A stretch of DNA of 57,897 nt from Candidatus Faecimonas intestinavium. Its GTDB lineage: Bacteria > Bacillota_I > Bacilli_A > RF39 > UBA660. Below the pieces are notes generated by a model. It saw only the letters and a list, made by a program, of their open reading frames with translations, was not told where the DNA came from and did not search any database. The position numbers and the translations under genes were made by a program. The first letter of the stretch is position 1, and every line of letters begins with the position of its first letter. The stretch covers positions 1-57,897 of the forward strand of contig DVKL01000013.1 of the NCBI GenBank assembly GCA_018716045.1, written 5' to 3'. Below are positions 29,202-38,651 of this stretch, piece after piece.

Positions 29202-29933
29202 ATGGTTCCTATTTACATTAATGATAAAGAGTATTTTATTTATCCTAAAACTGATTATTTGGATGCTGGTGCTAGCGGTAAATGTTACAAAGTTTGTGAT
29301 GATGACCGTATCTTAACAGTAAAACTATATTTAAGTGAGTCTGCTTTAAGTGGTGAAGAAGTCTTTTTCCCTGATGAAGAAACCCTAGAAAAGTTAATTC
29401 AATTGTCACCTTATACCAGTCCTATTTTATTAAGCAATTATCTGGTAAGAGATGGTAAGGGAAACTATATTGGGTGTGCTAGAGACTATATAGAAGCATC
29501 TTCTCCTAATGCTACAGAAGCAGTTTTTCAACTTCCTAAAGAAAAAGCATTAGAACATTTTCAGAAAATCGAAGAAAAAATTCCAATTTTTGATGAAAAT
29601 GGTATTTTGCTTGATGATTGGAATTCTTATAATATTATGCTTGGTAGAGTGGCGAACGGTGATGAAAAATTATATGTTTTTGATGACAGTAGTTATAGCC
29701 TTTCTTCTCATTATGGACAATCTAATCATCGTGAATTTACTCATTTAATTGAAGATATGATTGAAGAATATTTGATTATATATGGTCTAGAACGAGTTAG
29801 ACCTTATGTTGTTGATAAATTAAGGGCATCTTATACTCCTGTACATTTTTTTGAAGATATTAGTAATCATTCTAATACTTTAGGAGAAGGAGTTTTACAA
29901 TATGCTAAAAAGATGAAAGATAGATATTATTAA
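29202..29933 (+). CDS. small protein-kinase-like fold protein (243 aa)
   Basis: GASGKCYKV glycine loop, VKLY lysine, DDWNSYNIM catalytic-loop-like and VFDDSS DFG-like motifs. GAGGAG SD before ATG 29202 and TGgTATAAT at about 29165. The track TTG start was rejected. Confidence 0.5.
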   Translation: MVPIYINDKEYFIYPKTDYLDAGASGKCYKVCDDDRILTVKLYLSESALSGEEVFFPDEETLEKLIQLSPYTSPILLSNYLVRDGKGNYIGCARDYIEASSPNATEAVFQLPKEKALEHFQKIEEKIPIFDENGILLDDWNSYNIMLGRVANGDEKLYVFDDSSYSLSSHYGQSNHREFTHLIEDMIEEYLIIYGLERVRPYVVDKLRASYTPVHFFEDISNHSNTLGEGVLQYAKKMKDRYY

Positions 29934-29956
29934 AAGAAGTGTTTTTTGCACTTCTT

Positions 29957-31387
29957 TTATTTTATTTTTTTTAAATATTGGGTTGCATGTGTTTTGGATA
30001 AATTCCACTCTCTAAAGTCTTTTGTCTTAAAATCAATTCTTTCTAAATAGTCACTTAATTCTGTTTTTATGTCTTTATCTTTTACTTGATTTAAGAACTT
30101 TGTTAATTCTGGAATATTATCCGCATGATTATTCATTAAGTATACAAGATCAATATCTTTCTTTTTATAGTACCTATCAATATTATTCACTGCTATTATT
30201 TTATCAATATTAATATAGTTAATTATAACGTACATTGTTATTAAGATAATCATATAACTTTGTACAATGTTAAATTTATCCTTTATTATATAGATTATAG
30301 TTGGAATTAAACAAATTGTTTCGGTAAATAAACTTATATAAACTAATAATCTTAATAGTGTATAACCAAATTCTTGTTCGTACAAAAACATTCTTATAAA
30401 TGATGAAATAATTATGATAAAGGTTAAAACTACTAATATTATAGATAGTATTTTTATTTTTTTATTATCTTTTTTATTATTATACCTTTTAGTATATAAA
30501 ATTACACATAGATTAATTAGTGATACTACCATTAATTGGAAGAATCCTTGTCTTGCATATTCAGCATAACTAATTGTTTCTCCTACAGAATGTAAAAGTA
30601 ATGATTTTATTTGGATAATATCAAAAATTACATATATTATATTTAATGTAATTAGTAATAATTTTATAGTGCCTGTTTCTTTCTTCTTTTCAGGAAGTTC
30701 TTCTTCTCTATCTTCAAGTTGATAATCTGTTAATAGATAATGAAGAGTTCCTGATAAATATAAAAAGAATGCTATCGTAACAACAATTCGTGTAATAACA
30801 CTTCCTATATTTAGTTTTTCTAGAGCTCTTCTTGGAATATTAAATATATTATTTATTATATTATTAAAAATCATATCGGCAGAGGATAGTAGTAATAATA
30901 CTATTATTATAATAGGTAAGATGATTATTACCGATTTTATTTTCTTTTTTGTTTCTTCTTTTAATTTTAATTTAGCACTGATTTTATTTGCTACCTCAGA
31001 TGTGACTTCTCCAAAATGTTCTAATGGGTTTAACAGTATACGTATACTATCTGCTATTATTTCTCCTACCTTAAATGTTGGTCTTATTGTCATAATATAA
31101 AGTAGAAGTAATAAGAATGTTAAAACAAAAGTATTTAAAATTTTAAAAAACAAATTATCAAATATAAAGTATGTTGCGGATAAGAGTATAATTGGGATTA
31201 ATAAAATCAATCCTTTTTTATTTTTTATTCTATTGTTTTTTTCTAATATTACATAGATAACTATCAATAATGGAATAATAAATAAAATTACTGATAATCC
31301 TAGTTTTTCTTCAATAAATAATATAGTAAACCATATTGCTAAAAGAAAAATATATAAAAAGTTAATCATTTTCATTCTCCTTTTCAT
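29957..31387 (-). CDS. polytopic membrane protein (DUF4173-like)
   Basis: At least 10 predicted TM helices. Its position after DUF2975 and the YozG-type HTH matches a triad I recall as common in Firmicutes. The exact start is uncertain (M1, M5 or M7). Confidence 0.6.
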   Translation of the reverse strand: MKRRMKMINFLYIFLLAIWFTILFIEEKLGLSVILFIIPLLIVIYVILEKNNRIKNKKGLILLIPIILLSATYFIFDNLFFKILNTFVLTFLLLLLYIMTIRPTFKVGEIIADSIRILLNPLEHFGEVTSEVANKISAKLKLKEETKKKIKSVIIILPIIIIVLLLLSSADMIFNNIINNIFNIPRRALEKLNIGSVITRIVVTIAFFLYLSGTLHYLLTDYQLEDREEELPEKKKETGTIKLLLITLNIIYVIFDIIQIKSLLLHSVGETISYAEYARQGFFQLMVVSLINLCVILYTKRYNNKKDNKKIKILSIILVVLTFIIIISSFIRMFLYEQEFGYTLLRLLVYISLFTETICLIPTIIYIIKDKFNIVQSYMIILITMYVIINYINIDKIIAVNNIDRYYKKKDIDLVYLMNNHADNIPELTKFLNQVKDKDIKTELSDYLERIDFKTKDFREWNLSKTHATQYLKKIK

Positions 31388-31580
31388 AGTCCAAAATATC
31401 TCCCGGTTTACAATTTAACACCTCACATATTTTGTTTAGAGTTGAAAAGCGGATGGCTTTTCCTTTATTAGTTTTTAATATAGATAGATTCGCTTGAGTG
31501 ATGCCAACTTTTTCAGCTAGCTCTTGTGATGATATTTTTCTTTTTGCCATCATGACGTCTAAATTTACAATAATTGCCAT
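31362..31580 (-). CDS. YozG-like XRE-family HTH transcriptional regulator (72 aa)
   Basis: MAIIVNLDVMMAKRKISSQELAEKVGITQANLS is characteristic of the family. Confidence 0.85.
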   Translation of the reverse strand: MAIIVNLDVMMAKRKISSQELAEKVGITQANLSILKTNKGKAIRFSTLNKICEVLNCKPGDILDYEKENEND

Positions 31581-31592
31581 AGATACCTCCTT

Positions 31593-32060
31593 CTAGATTG
31601 TTAAATCATTTTCTTCTTTAAACTCAGTTGCTTGTCTAAATAATTCTGCTAATAAATATAACGCTATTCCTACTCCAATAAATAGAATAGTAAAAAATGT
31701 TAAAGATATTTTTAGCGTTAAAGTGTAAGTAGGATAGATAAAGATTGATAGAAGTAAGGCTAGAAAAGTAATTATAGATATTACAAAACTTATTCTGCTA
31801 GCATTTTTTAAATGTCTTACTGTTGTAAGGTGAAAAGACTTTTCCGCATTAAATTGATTAAATAGTTTTATAAATTGGATTATTAATCCTAAAAATAAAA
31901 TCCCTGCTGGATAAATTAAAAATACTAATAGATCAAATTTAACATTTAATAATTCTAACCATTTCCATAATGTTAGTAATAGTATGGTGCCTACTACTAA
32001 GCTTATTCTTAATACTATATTTAATATTTTTACTATTTTTTTTGGTATTTTTTCTTTCAT
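31593..32060 (-). CDS. DUF2975-like four-TM membrane protein
   Basis: 155 aa with 4 hydrophobic helices, immediately upstream of the YozG-like regulator. Confidence 0.6.
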   Translation of the reverse strand: MKEKIPKKIVKILNIVLRISLVVGTILLLTLWKWLELLNVKFDLLVFLIYPAGILFLGLIIQFIKLFNQFNAEKSFHLTTVRHLKNASRISFVISIITFLALLLSIFIYPTYTLTLKISLTFFTILFIGVGIALYLLAELFRQATEFKEENDLTI

Positions 32061-32145
32061 AATTTTCCTCCTTTTGATATTATTATATGCTTTATATATT
32101 AAATGTCAATATATTTTTATTGTTTTTCGATAATCTATTACTAGT

Positions 32146-32168
32146 AAAAAAAGGTATAACAATATACC
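32146..32168 (-). terminator. terminator after the ftsEX-M23 operon
   Basis: GGTATA-acaa-TATACC hairpin followed by T7 on the minus strand. Confidence 0.65.
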
Positions 32169-32174
32169 TTTTTA

Positions 32175-33395
32175 TTATCTATTATTCCAACTTGATGGGA
32201 ATGTAACATAATTTGCTGGATTAAATACTCTAGAAGTATAAGCACTGTAACTTAGGCATCCTCCACCTTTATGCCAACTACACGTTGACATTTCAAGATG
32301 TAAGTGTGGTCCTGAGGAATTTCCTGTGGATCCCATATTTCCAATAGGTGTATATGCAGAAATAATTGGTCCGTTACTAATGCTTGCGCTTGTTCCCCAC
32401 TTACTATTAACATACGGAGCTACCGCTGAACTAAAGCTTCTCATATGGGCATAAGTAGCATATACATATCTTCCTCCAATATTATGACGTAATATTACGA
32501 TATAAGCACCGGCATTATCATATCCTGCGAAGAATAATTGACCAGCAGCAATTGGATATATAGTAATAGACTTATTATCCGATCCTAAATCAATACCTAA
32601 ATGACCATTATTACCATAACGTTGTGTAATATATCCATACTCCATTGGTCTAAGGAACCCATTTGCACTTGGTACAGATCCTCCTCCGCTACCGTTTGAC
32701 TGTTGAATTCTATACTGGCAGGCTTGAATATCCTCATTAGTGCCACAACCTAAGCTTTTATAGTATTGCACATTACTCTTAGCAGCTTTTATCTGTTCTT
32801 CGATAGTAGGCATTCCAACTCTAATCTTAGCATTTTCATCCTCTATCTTTTCACTCTCTGATTTTAGCTCTTCTTGTAATTTTTTTAGAGACTCTTTTTT
32901 TTCTGTTAAATCTTTTTGTTGTTGCTTATTTTTTTCTATCAAGTCTTCTAATTCTTTCATTATTTTATCATTATATTCTGTTAATTGTTCAACAACGGAC
33001 ATTCTATATATCATGTCTGTAATACTGGTTGCTCCAAATGCATATTCAAGATATGCATTTTCTCCATTAGCGATTTGATAGTATTCTAATATTTTCTTAC
33101 TTTCTTCACTTTTTTCTTTAATTTCTTGGTTACTTTTATTTATTTCTTCTTCTAAAGAAACAATGTCATTCTCTGTCTGTGTAATTTGGTTTTCAATATC
33201 AGAAATTTTAGCTTTTATTTCTTTAATTTCTTTCTCGTTCGTAACTAACTTACTTTTCTTTTCTTCTAATTCTTTCGTTAATTTTTCCGCTTCTGCTTCA
33301 AATTGACTAATTGTTTTAGCTCTTGTTTCTATTGGTAGTGCTAACATAGAGACTACAATTAGACAACTAGTTAAAATTATAGTTAATTTCTTCAT
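32175..33395 (-). CDS. secreted coiled-coil M23 (LytM) peptidoglycan hydrolase, FtsEX-partner type (PcsB/EnvC-like architecture)
   Basis: Signal peptide and a coiled coil of about 190 aa. Intact HxxxD (GHLGID) and HxH (GPHLHLE). The start overlaps the ftsX stop. Confidence 0.8.
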   Translation of the reverse strand: MKKLTIILTSCLIVVSMLALPIETRAKTISQFEAEAEKLTKELEEKKSKLVTNEKEIKEIKAKISDIENQITQTENDIVSLEEEINKSNQEIKEKSEESKKILEYYQIANGENAYLEYAFGATSITDMIYRMSVVEQLTEYNDKIMKELEDLIEKNKQQQKDLTEKKESLKKLQEELKSESEKIEDENAKIRVGMPTIEEQIKAAKSNVQYYKSLGCGTNEDIQACQYRIQQSNGSGGGSVPSANGFLRPMEYGYITQRYGNNGHLGIDLGSDNKSITIYPIAAGQLFFAGYDNAGAYIVILRHNIGGRYVYATYAHMRSFSSAVAPYVNSKWGTSASISNGPIISAYTPIGNMGSTGNSSGPHLHLEMSTCSWHKGGGCLSYSAYTSRVFNPANYVTFPSSWNNR

Positions 33396-34300
33396 TATAT
33401 TTTCAAATACTTTCTTACGGCACCGGCACTACCAACCATACCAACTAAGATTCCAATTATTACAACAATTCCTGCTGTAGAATAGATAAAAGGTTCTGGC
33501 TTAATCAATTGAATTAGCTGAGTAAATAAATAACCATCAAAATGATTATAGAAAGCTAAGTAACCATATGTTGTGAAAATAATTGGAACTATTGATCCTA
33601 ATAACCCTAGAATCATTCCTTCTATAATAAATGGTGTCTTTATTGTAAAATTACTTGCTCCTACCAAACGCATAATTCCAATCTCTCTACGTCTTGCTGA
33701 GATTGTTAGCTTGATAGTATTTATGATTAAGAATACAGTTACTACTACTAGGGCTATTACTATTCCATATGTTACTTTTTCAATAGATGAAAAAGCAGTT
33801 ATCATTTTATCTACCATTCCTTCGCCATATCTTACTGTATTTACCTGATCGATTTTTTCTATTTTCTTTGCTGTTGCTGATATATTCTCTACATTTTTTA
33901 CTTTCACTTGAAAGGTATCTTTTAATGGACTCTCTGAATCGTTCCATTCATCTAATACAGTATCAAATACTTCTGATTCTTTCTGCATATCTTCTTTTAC
34001 TTCTTGTTTTGATTCGAAAGTTATACTTTTTTTATCGACATTTGGTATTTTTCTTAATCTTTGTTCTACAGATGTCACATCTTCTTCTGTGGCATCATTA
34101 TTTAGGAATATTACGATTGTTAAATCTTTTTCTATTTCCTTGGTAAAATTTTGAACATTAAATGATGCCATAATTGCGATTGCTACTATAATTAATGTAA
34201 TTGTGATACAAGAAATAGATGCTAAAGATAAGCTAAAGTTTCTTATTACACTTTTAAAGGCATCTCTAATACTTCTACCTAACATTCTAAATATTTTCAT
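33395..34300 (-). CDS. ftsX: cell division permease-like protein FtsX
   Basis: 301 aa. TM1, a large extracellular loop, then 3 TM. Overlaps the ftsE stop. Confidence 0.9.
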   Translation of the reverse strand: MKIFRMLGRSIRDAFKSVIRNFSLSLASISCITITLIIVAIAIMASFNVQNFTKEIEKDLTIVIFLNNDATEEDVTSVEQRLRKIPNVDKKSITFESKQEVKEDMQKESEVFDTVLDEWNDSESPLKDTFQVKVKNVENISATAKKIEKIDQVNTVRYGEGMVDKMITAFSSIEKVTYGIVIALVVVTVFLIINTIKLTISARRREIGIMRLVGASNFTIKTPFIIEGMILGLLGSIVPIIFTTYGYLAFYNHFDGYLFTQLIQLIKPEPFIYSTAGIVVIIGILVGMVGSAGAVRKYLKI

Positions 34301-34985
34301 CTACATATGTTCCTTTCTTCTTAAAGTTAACCAAATGACCGTCTTTTAGAGTAACAACTTGTTTTTTCATTCTATTTACAATTTCTTTGTCGTGAGTTGC
34401 CATAATGATTGTTGTTCCTCTTGTTTTATTAATATCGTCTAATACTTTCATAATCTCCATACTTCTTTCAGGATCTAGGTTACCTGTTGGTTCATCGCAT
34501 AGCAATAGTTTGGGATTATTTACAATAGCTCTGGCAATTGCTACACGTTGCTGTTCTCCTCCAGATAATTGGTCCGGATAGTTATGAACTTTATTCTTTA
34601 GCCCAACTTCTTCTAACGCACGCAACACGTTTTTTCTTGTAACTTCTTTTGTTGCACCGATAACTTCCATTGCAAATGCCACATTTTCATAAACTGTTAA
34701 CTTTGGTAACAAGCGATAGTCTTGGAATACGATACCTAATTTTCTTCTAAGTTTGTAGACCTTAGTATTTCTAAGCTTTGCTACATCTAATCCACCTACA
34801 ATAATTTGCCCCTTTGTAGGTTTTTCTTCTCGATATAGCATTTTAATCAAGGTACTCTTACCGCTACCAGATCCGCCGATTACGAAAGTAAAAGAACCCT
34901 TCTCAATAGCAAGATTTAAATCATAAATTGCTGTTACACCATTTTTGTATTTTTTTTCTACATTTTTTAATCTGATTAAGTCCAT
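34287..34985 (-). CDS. ftsE: cell division ATP-binding protein FtsE
   Basis: [17 protein letters not shown] and [12 protein letters not shown] motifs. Start at ATG 34985 (GGAGGT SD), not the track start 35072. Confidence 0.9.
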   Translation of the reverse strand: MDLIRLKNVEKKYKNGVTAIYDLNLAIEKGSFTFVIGGSGSGKSTLIKMLYREEKPTKGQIIVGGLDVAKLRNTKVYKLRRKLGIVFQDYRLLPKLTVYENVAFAMEVIGATKEVTRKNVLRALEEVGLKNKVHNYPDQLSGGEQQRVAIARAIVNNPKLLLCDEPTGNLDPERSMEIMKVLDDINKTRGTTIIMATHDKEIVNRMKKQVVTLKDGHLVNFKKKGTYVDENI

Positions 34986-35032
34986 ATTTACCTCCACTCT
35001 AGTATATTTCATTATATCATATATTTCGACAT

Positions 35033-35064
35033 AACAAAAGAGGAGTTTCGTGAAATCTCCTCTT
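35033..35064 (-). terminator. terminator after the YitT genes
   Basis: AAGAGGAG/CTCCTCTT 8-bp stem followed by TTTTGTT on the minus strand. Confidence 0.55.
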
Positions 35065-35071
35065 GTTAACA

Positions 35072-35941
35072 CTATTTTCCACCTTTTACTTCATAGGCAT
35101 CCTCTACTACAAAGAATACTCCTGGATCAATTAATTTAATTCCTTCTGTTACCTTATAATAATCTCTGGTTGGGATTACTAACAATAACACTTTTCTTTG
35201 CTTTTCAAAAAAGGCTCCTTTTACATTAAATATAGTTGTAGTATGATGTAATTTATTTACGATATACTCTCTTATTTCTTTTTCTTTTGATGTTACTATA
35301 TAGAATGCTTTATTTTTAGATATTCCTAGTAATACTTTATCAATCATCAAATTATTTATAAAGACCAGTATGATGGCATACATCATCATTGACCAACCAA
35401 AGAAAATACTACCTATCACTATTATTATAGAATTAATTACCATGCTGGATTTTGTTACTGGGATTTTAAAATACTTATCCAAAATCTGACTTATAATAGG
35501 AAGCCCTCCATTACTAAATCCCGTTTTATAAATAAAACCGTTTGCTAAACCTCCTATTACACCTGCAAAGATGATTATCAAAAATGTATCTTCATAATTT
35601 AAATTAATATTTTGAGTAATTAAAGCGGTTATCTTTACAAACAAAGGATAAAGAAATGTTGCTAGAATGGAGCCCGCGGTTCTTTCTTTTCCTAAGTACA
35701 TAAAACTGAATAATAAGCAGGCTAGGGATATTAGTAATATCATAATTGAAGAATCTATTCCATAAACATAATTTGTGATTACAGCAATTCCATTTACCCC
35801 TCCTGCTACTAGACCAGTTGGTAAAAGTAATAGATTATATACCAAAGATAAAACAAATAAAGCTAGTATTAATATTACTATTCTACGAAGTAGGCTTTTT
35901 CTTTTTATTTTTTTTATTATTTCTTCAAAAAAGTTATCCAT
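35072..35941 (-). CDS. YitT-family membrane protein (DUF2179 C-terminal domain)
   Basis: 289 aa. GGVNGIA and GGLPIISQIL motifs and a C-terminal FFVVEDAYEVKGG. Confidence 0.8.
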   Translation of the reverse strand: MDNFFEEIIKKIKRKSLLRRIVILILALFVLSLVYNLLLLPTGLVAGGVNGIAVITNYVYGIDSSIMILLISLACLLFSFMYLGKERTAGSILATFLYPLFVKITALITQNINLNYEDTFLIIIFAGVIGGLANGFIYKTGFSNGGLPIISQILDKYFKIPVTKSSMVINSIIIVIGSIFFGWSMMMYAIILVFINNLMIDKVLLGISKNKAFYIVTSKEKEIREYIVNKLHHTTTIFNVKGAFFEKQRKVLLLVIPTRDYYKVTEGIKLIDPGVFFVVEDAYEVKGGK

Positions 35942-36822
35942 TATTCACCTCCAAAGACCTCGTAGGCATCTGTCACTACAAAGAAAGAGTCTGGATCAAT
36001 TTCATGAATTCCTTCTTTTAACCTATAATAATCCTTGGTAGGTAATACACACATTAAAACAGTTTGATTTTCTTTCGCATAGCCACCTTTAGCATTAAAT
36101 ACTGTTACTCCATGGTTTAAATACTTTAAAATATACTCTTTTATTTTTTTCTCTTCTCGAGTTACAATGTAGAATGCTTTACTGTCGGATACTCCTAGAA
36201 TAACCCTATCTGACATAAAACTAATTACATATAAGACAATAATTGAGTACATAAAATGAGTTGGACCGAAAACAAAGGCAGTTAGTAGTACAATTGTTCC
36301 ATCACAATATAACATACTATTACCCATACTTATTTTTAAATACTTTGATAAAATTTGATTGATAATATCTGTTCCTCCAGTAGTAAATCCTGCTTTATAT
36401 ATCATTCCGGCACCAAAGCCATATACGACTCCTCCAAAAACAGATATTAATAATAATTGATTTGTATCTATATCTACTATTGCACTAATGTTACTTGTTA
36501 AACTAACGAACAACGGAAACAGAATAGAACCAAGAATTGTTGCCTTCGTTTTATTCTTACCTAGCAAAAAGTAACTTAATATTAGTAATAATATATCCGC
36601 AACTAATATTACGATGGAATTATCAATTTTAGTCAGATAATTCAGAATAATCGCAAGGCCACCTACTCCTCCTGCTACAATATTGTTTGGTGCTAGAAAC
36701 AAATTATAAGAGATAGCTATCAAAAAACAACCTAAAACAAATTGAATATGTCTTTTTACACTTGCTTTAGAGTTTATCCGTTCTAATATTTTTAAGTCTT
36801 TTGTCTTAGAAAATATTCCCAT
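35941..36822 (-). CDS. YitT-family membrane protein (tandem paralog)
   Basis: Colinear with the previous gene (GGVGGLA, GGTDIINQIL, FFVVTDAYEVFGG). ATG 36822 after a GAGGGG SD. Confidence 0.8.
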   Translation of the reverse strand: MGIFSKTKDLKILERINSKASVKRHIQFVLGCFLIAISYNLFLAPNNIVAGGVGGLAIILNYLTKIDNSIVILVADILLLILSYFLLGKNKTKATILGSILFPLFVSLTSNISAIVDIDTNQLLLISVFGGVVYGFGAGMIYKAGFTTGGTDIINQILSKYLKISMGNSMLYCDGTIVLLTAFVFGPTHFMYSIIVLYVISFMSDRVILGVSDSKAFYIVTREEKKIKEYILKYLNHGVTVFNAKGGYAKENQTVLMCVLPTKDYYRLKEGIHEIDPDSFFVVTDAYEVFGGE

Positions 36823-36842
36823 ATACACCCCTCACTTTATTT

Positions 36843-37941
36843 TTATCTTTTTTGTTTTAAATTTGCTTCAATAAACAAATCTATATCTCCATCTAATACT
36901 TTGTTAACATTGCTAGTTTCAATATTTGTTCTATGATCTTTCACCATAGAATAAGGATGAAGAACATAACTTCTAATTTGAGATCCAAAATTGATATTTG
37001 CTTGATCTCCTTTTATTTCATTTAATGCTTGTTCCTGTTGTTCTAGTTTTCTAATTAAAAGCTTGTTTTTTAAAACTTTTAATGCTTGTTCTTTGTTTTG
37101 GATTTGACTTCTTTCGTTTTGACAAGTAACAACAATTTTTGTTGGTAGATGCGTTATTCTAACTGCAGAGTCTGTGGTGTTTACTCCTTGTCCACCGGCA
37201 CCGGTCGAACGATAAACGTCTATTTTTAAATCTTTTTCATCTATTTCTATATCATTATCTTGTTCTATTTCTGGTGTTATTTCTACTGATGCAAATGATG
37301 TATGACGTCTATTGTTAGAATCAAAGGGAGAAAGTCTAACTAATCTATGAACTCCTTTTTCATTTTTTAGATAACCATAAGCATTTGTCCCTTTCACTCG
37401 GATGGAAACATTTTTGATGCCTGCTTCTTCTCCATCCTGATAATCTAATACTTCTATTTTATATTTTTTCTTTTCACACCATCTTGTATACATACGATAT
37501 AACATCATAGCCCAGTCGCAGGACTCAGTACCGCCAGCACCTGGATGAATCTCCAAAATACAGTCATTTTTATCATATGGCCCATCCAGAAGAAGAATAA
37601 AGCTCAATTCTTCTACTTTTTGTTTTATTAATACAGTTTCTTGTTCCAATTCTTGTCTATTTTTTTCATCTATTTCCAATTCTAACAAATTAACTAACTC
37701 TAAATTATCATTTGTCTGTTGTAATAAGTTTTCTATACTTTCTACTACTTCTTTTTCTGTATTTAATTCTTTAATGATTTTTTCAGCAGTTGTTCTATCA
37801 TTCCAAAAGTTTATATCATTTGTTTTTTCTTCTAAAGTCTTAACTTGCTCCTTTTTGCTATCAATGTCAAAGTGACCTCCATAGTTCTTTTAATTCTTTA
37901 TTACTTTTATTTAATGATTCTTTTATTTCTTTTAATTCCAT
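36843..37941 (-). CDS. prfB: peptide chain release factor 2, requiring a programmed +1 ribosomal frameshift at CTT TGA C (37872-37866)
   Basis: ORF0 MELKEIKESLNKSNKELKELWRSL ends at in-frame TGA 37869-37867 and is preceded by an internal GGAGG. The +1 frame continues DIDSKKEQVK... into track ORF 36843-37688 with no stop. SPF and GGQ motifs are present. Total 365 aa. Confidence 0.92.
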
Positions 37942-38133
37942 TCTTTCCTCTCCTTTTTAGTTTATACTTTTTTTTATTTTCTATTCTTTCATAAATTCAA
38001 TGATAAAGTAACATATTTTTTTTCTTTTCTCAATCAATTTTTATTTGTTTTTTGTATATATTTGTATACTTTGCATATATTATAAGTGAGGAAGGTTCAC
38101 TGTTACGTGTGAAGATCCTCTGTAAATAGATAT

Positions 38134-38150
38134 AGGAGCCAAAAGGCTCC
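38134..38150. terminator. GC-rich hairpin GGAGCC-aaaa-GGCTCC flanked by a T-run (plus strand), immediately after the NADAR stop
   Basis: Perfect 6-bp stem. T6 follows on the plus strand. On the minus strand it follows the operon stop and is followed by a U-rich UAUAUCUAUUU. Confidence 0.5.
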
Positions 38151-38154
38151 TTTT

Positions 38155-38640
38155 TTATTTTAATAATTCATCTCGTAATTTCATCCACAATTTACCTAAG
38201 TGATTTTCTCCAGTTCTATCTTTTCCCCATCCCCAGAAATTATCTTTAGGTGAATCTTCAACAATTATATAGTCTTTCGTTTGTAATAGTTTTTGTTTGA
38301 CATATGGGTTTTGCTGTAATTTTTTTCTTAAAAGTTCTTCCATAATTGTTAATTTTACTTCTTGCCAATCACTTCTTACTTTATCTTTATTAGCAAAGGC
38401 TATTTTTTGAGCTTCATGAGCTGAATGACTTTTTTTTATTTCTTCCGCTATTTCTGGGGCTGATTTCAAAAATTTAGCGGTCTGATAGGCCTCTTCTAGT
38501 GATGCATATAAATATCCATCCCATTCCACTTTAAAAGAACTGAAGTTATCTAGGCAATAAAATTCTCTAGGATAAAATCCTATTACATCATTCATTTTTT
38601 CACTTAACCAAGTATCACGATATTGTTCTAATTTAATCAT
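38155..38640 (-). CDS. NADAR (YbiA/DUF1768) domain protein, 161 aa
   Basis: FYCLDNFSSF, ASLEEAYQTAKF and VEDSPKDNFWGWGKDRTGENHLGKLWM motifs match the NADAR signature. Start at ATG 38640 (AGGAG SD), not 38757. Confidence 0.8.
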   Translation of the reverse strand: MIKLEQYRDTWLSEKMNDVIGFYPREFYCLDNFSSFKVEWDGYLYASLEEAYQTAKFLKSAPEIAEEIKKSHSAHEAQKIAFANKDKVRSDWQEVKLTIMEELLRKKLQQNPYVKQKLLQTKDYIIVEDSPKDNFWGWGKDRTGENHLGKLWMKLRDELLK

Positions 38641-38651
38641 AAAATTCTCCT

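Noticed and set aside
38089-38155. Possible ~70-nt plus-strand small RNA in the prfB-NADAR spacer: an imperfect GAGGA..TTCAC/GTGAA..TCCTC hairpin followed by the GGAGCC/GGCTCC terminator and T6
   Set aside because: I could not find a convincing plus-strand promoter; the TTGTAT and TATAAG elements have the wrong spacing. The strong hairpin is adequately explained as the terminator of the minus-strand five-gene operon and/or part of the prfB promoter and leader region. It would need RNA-seq to revive.
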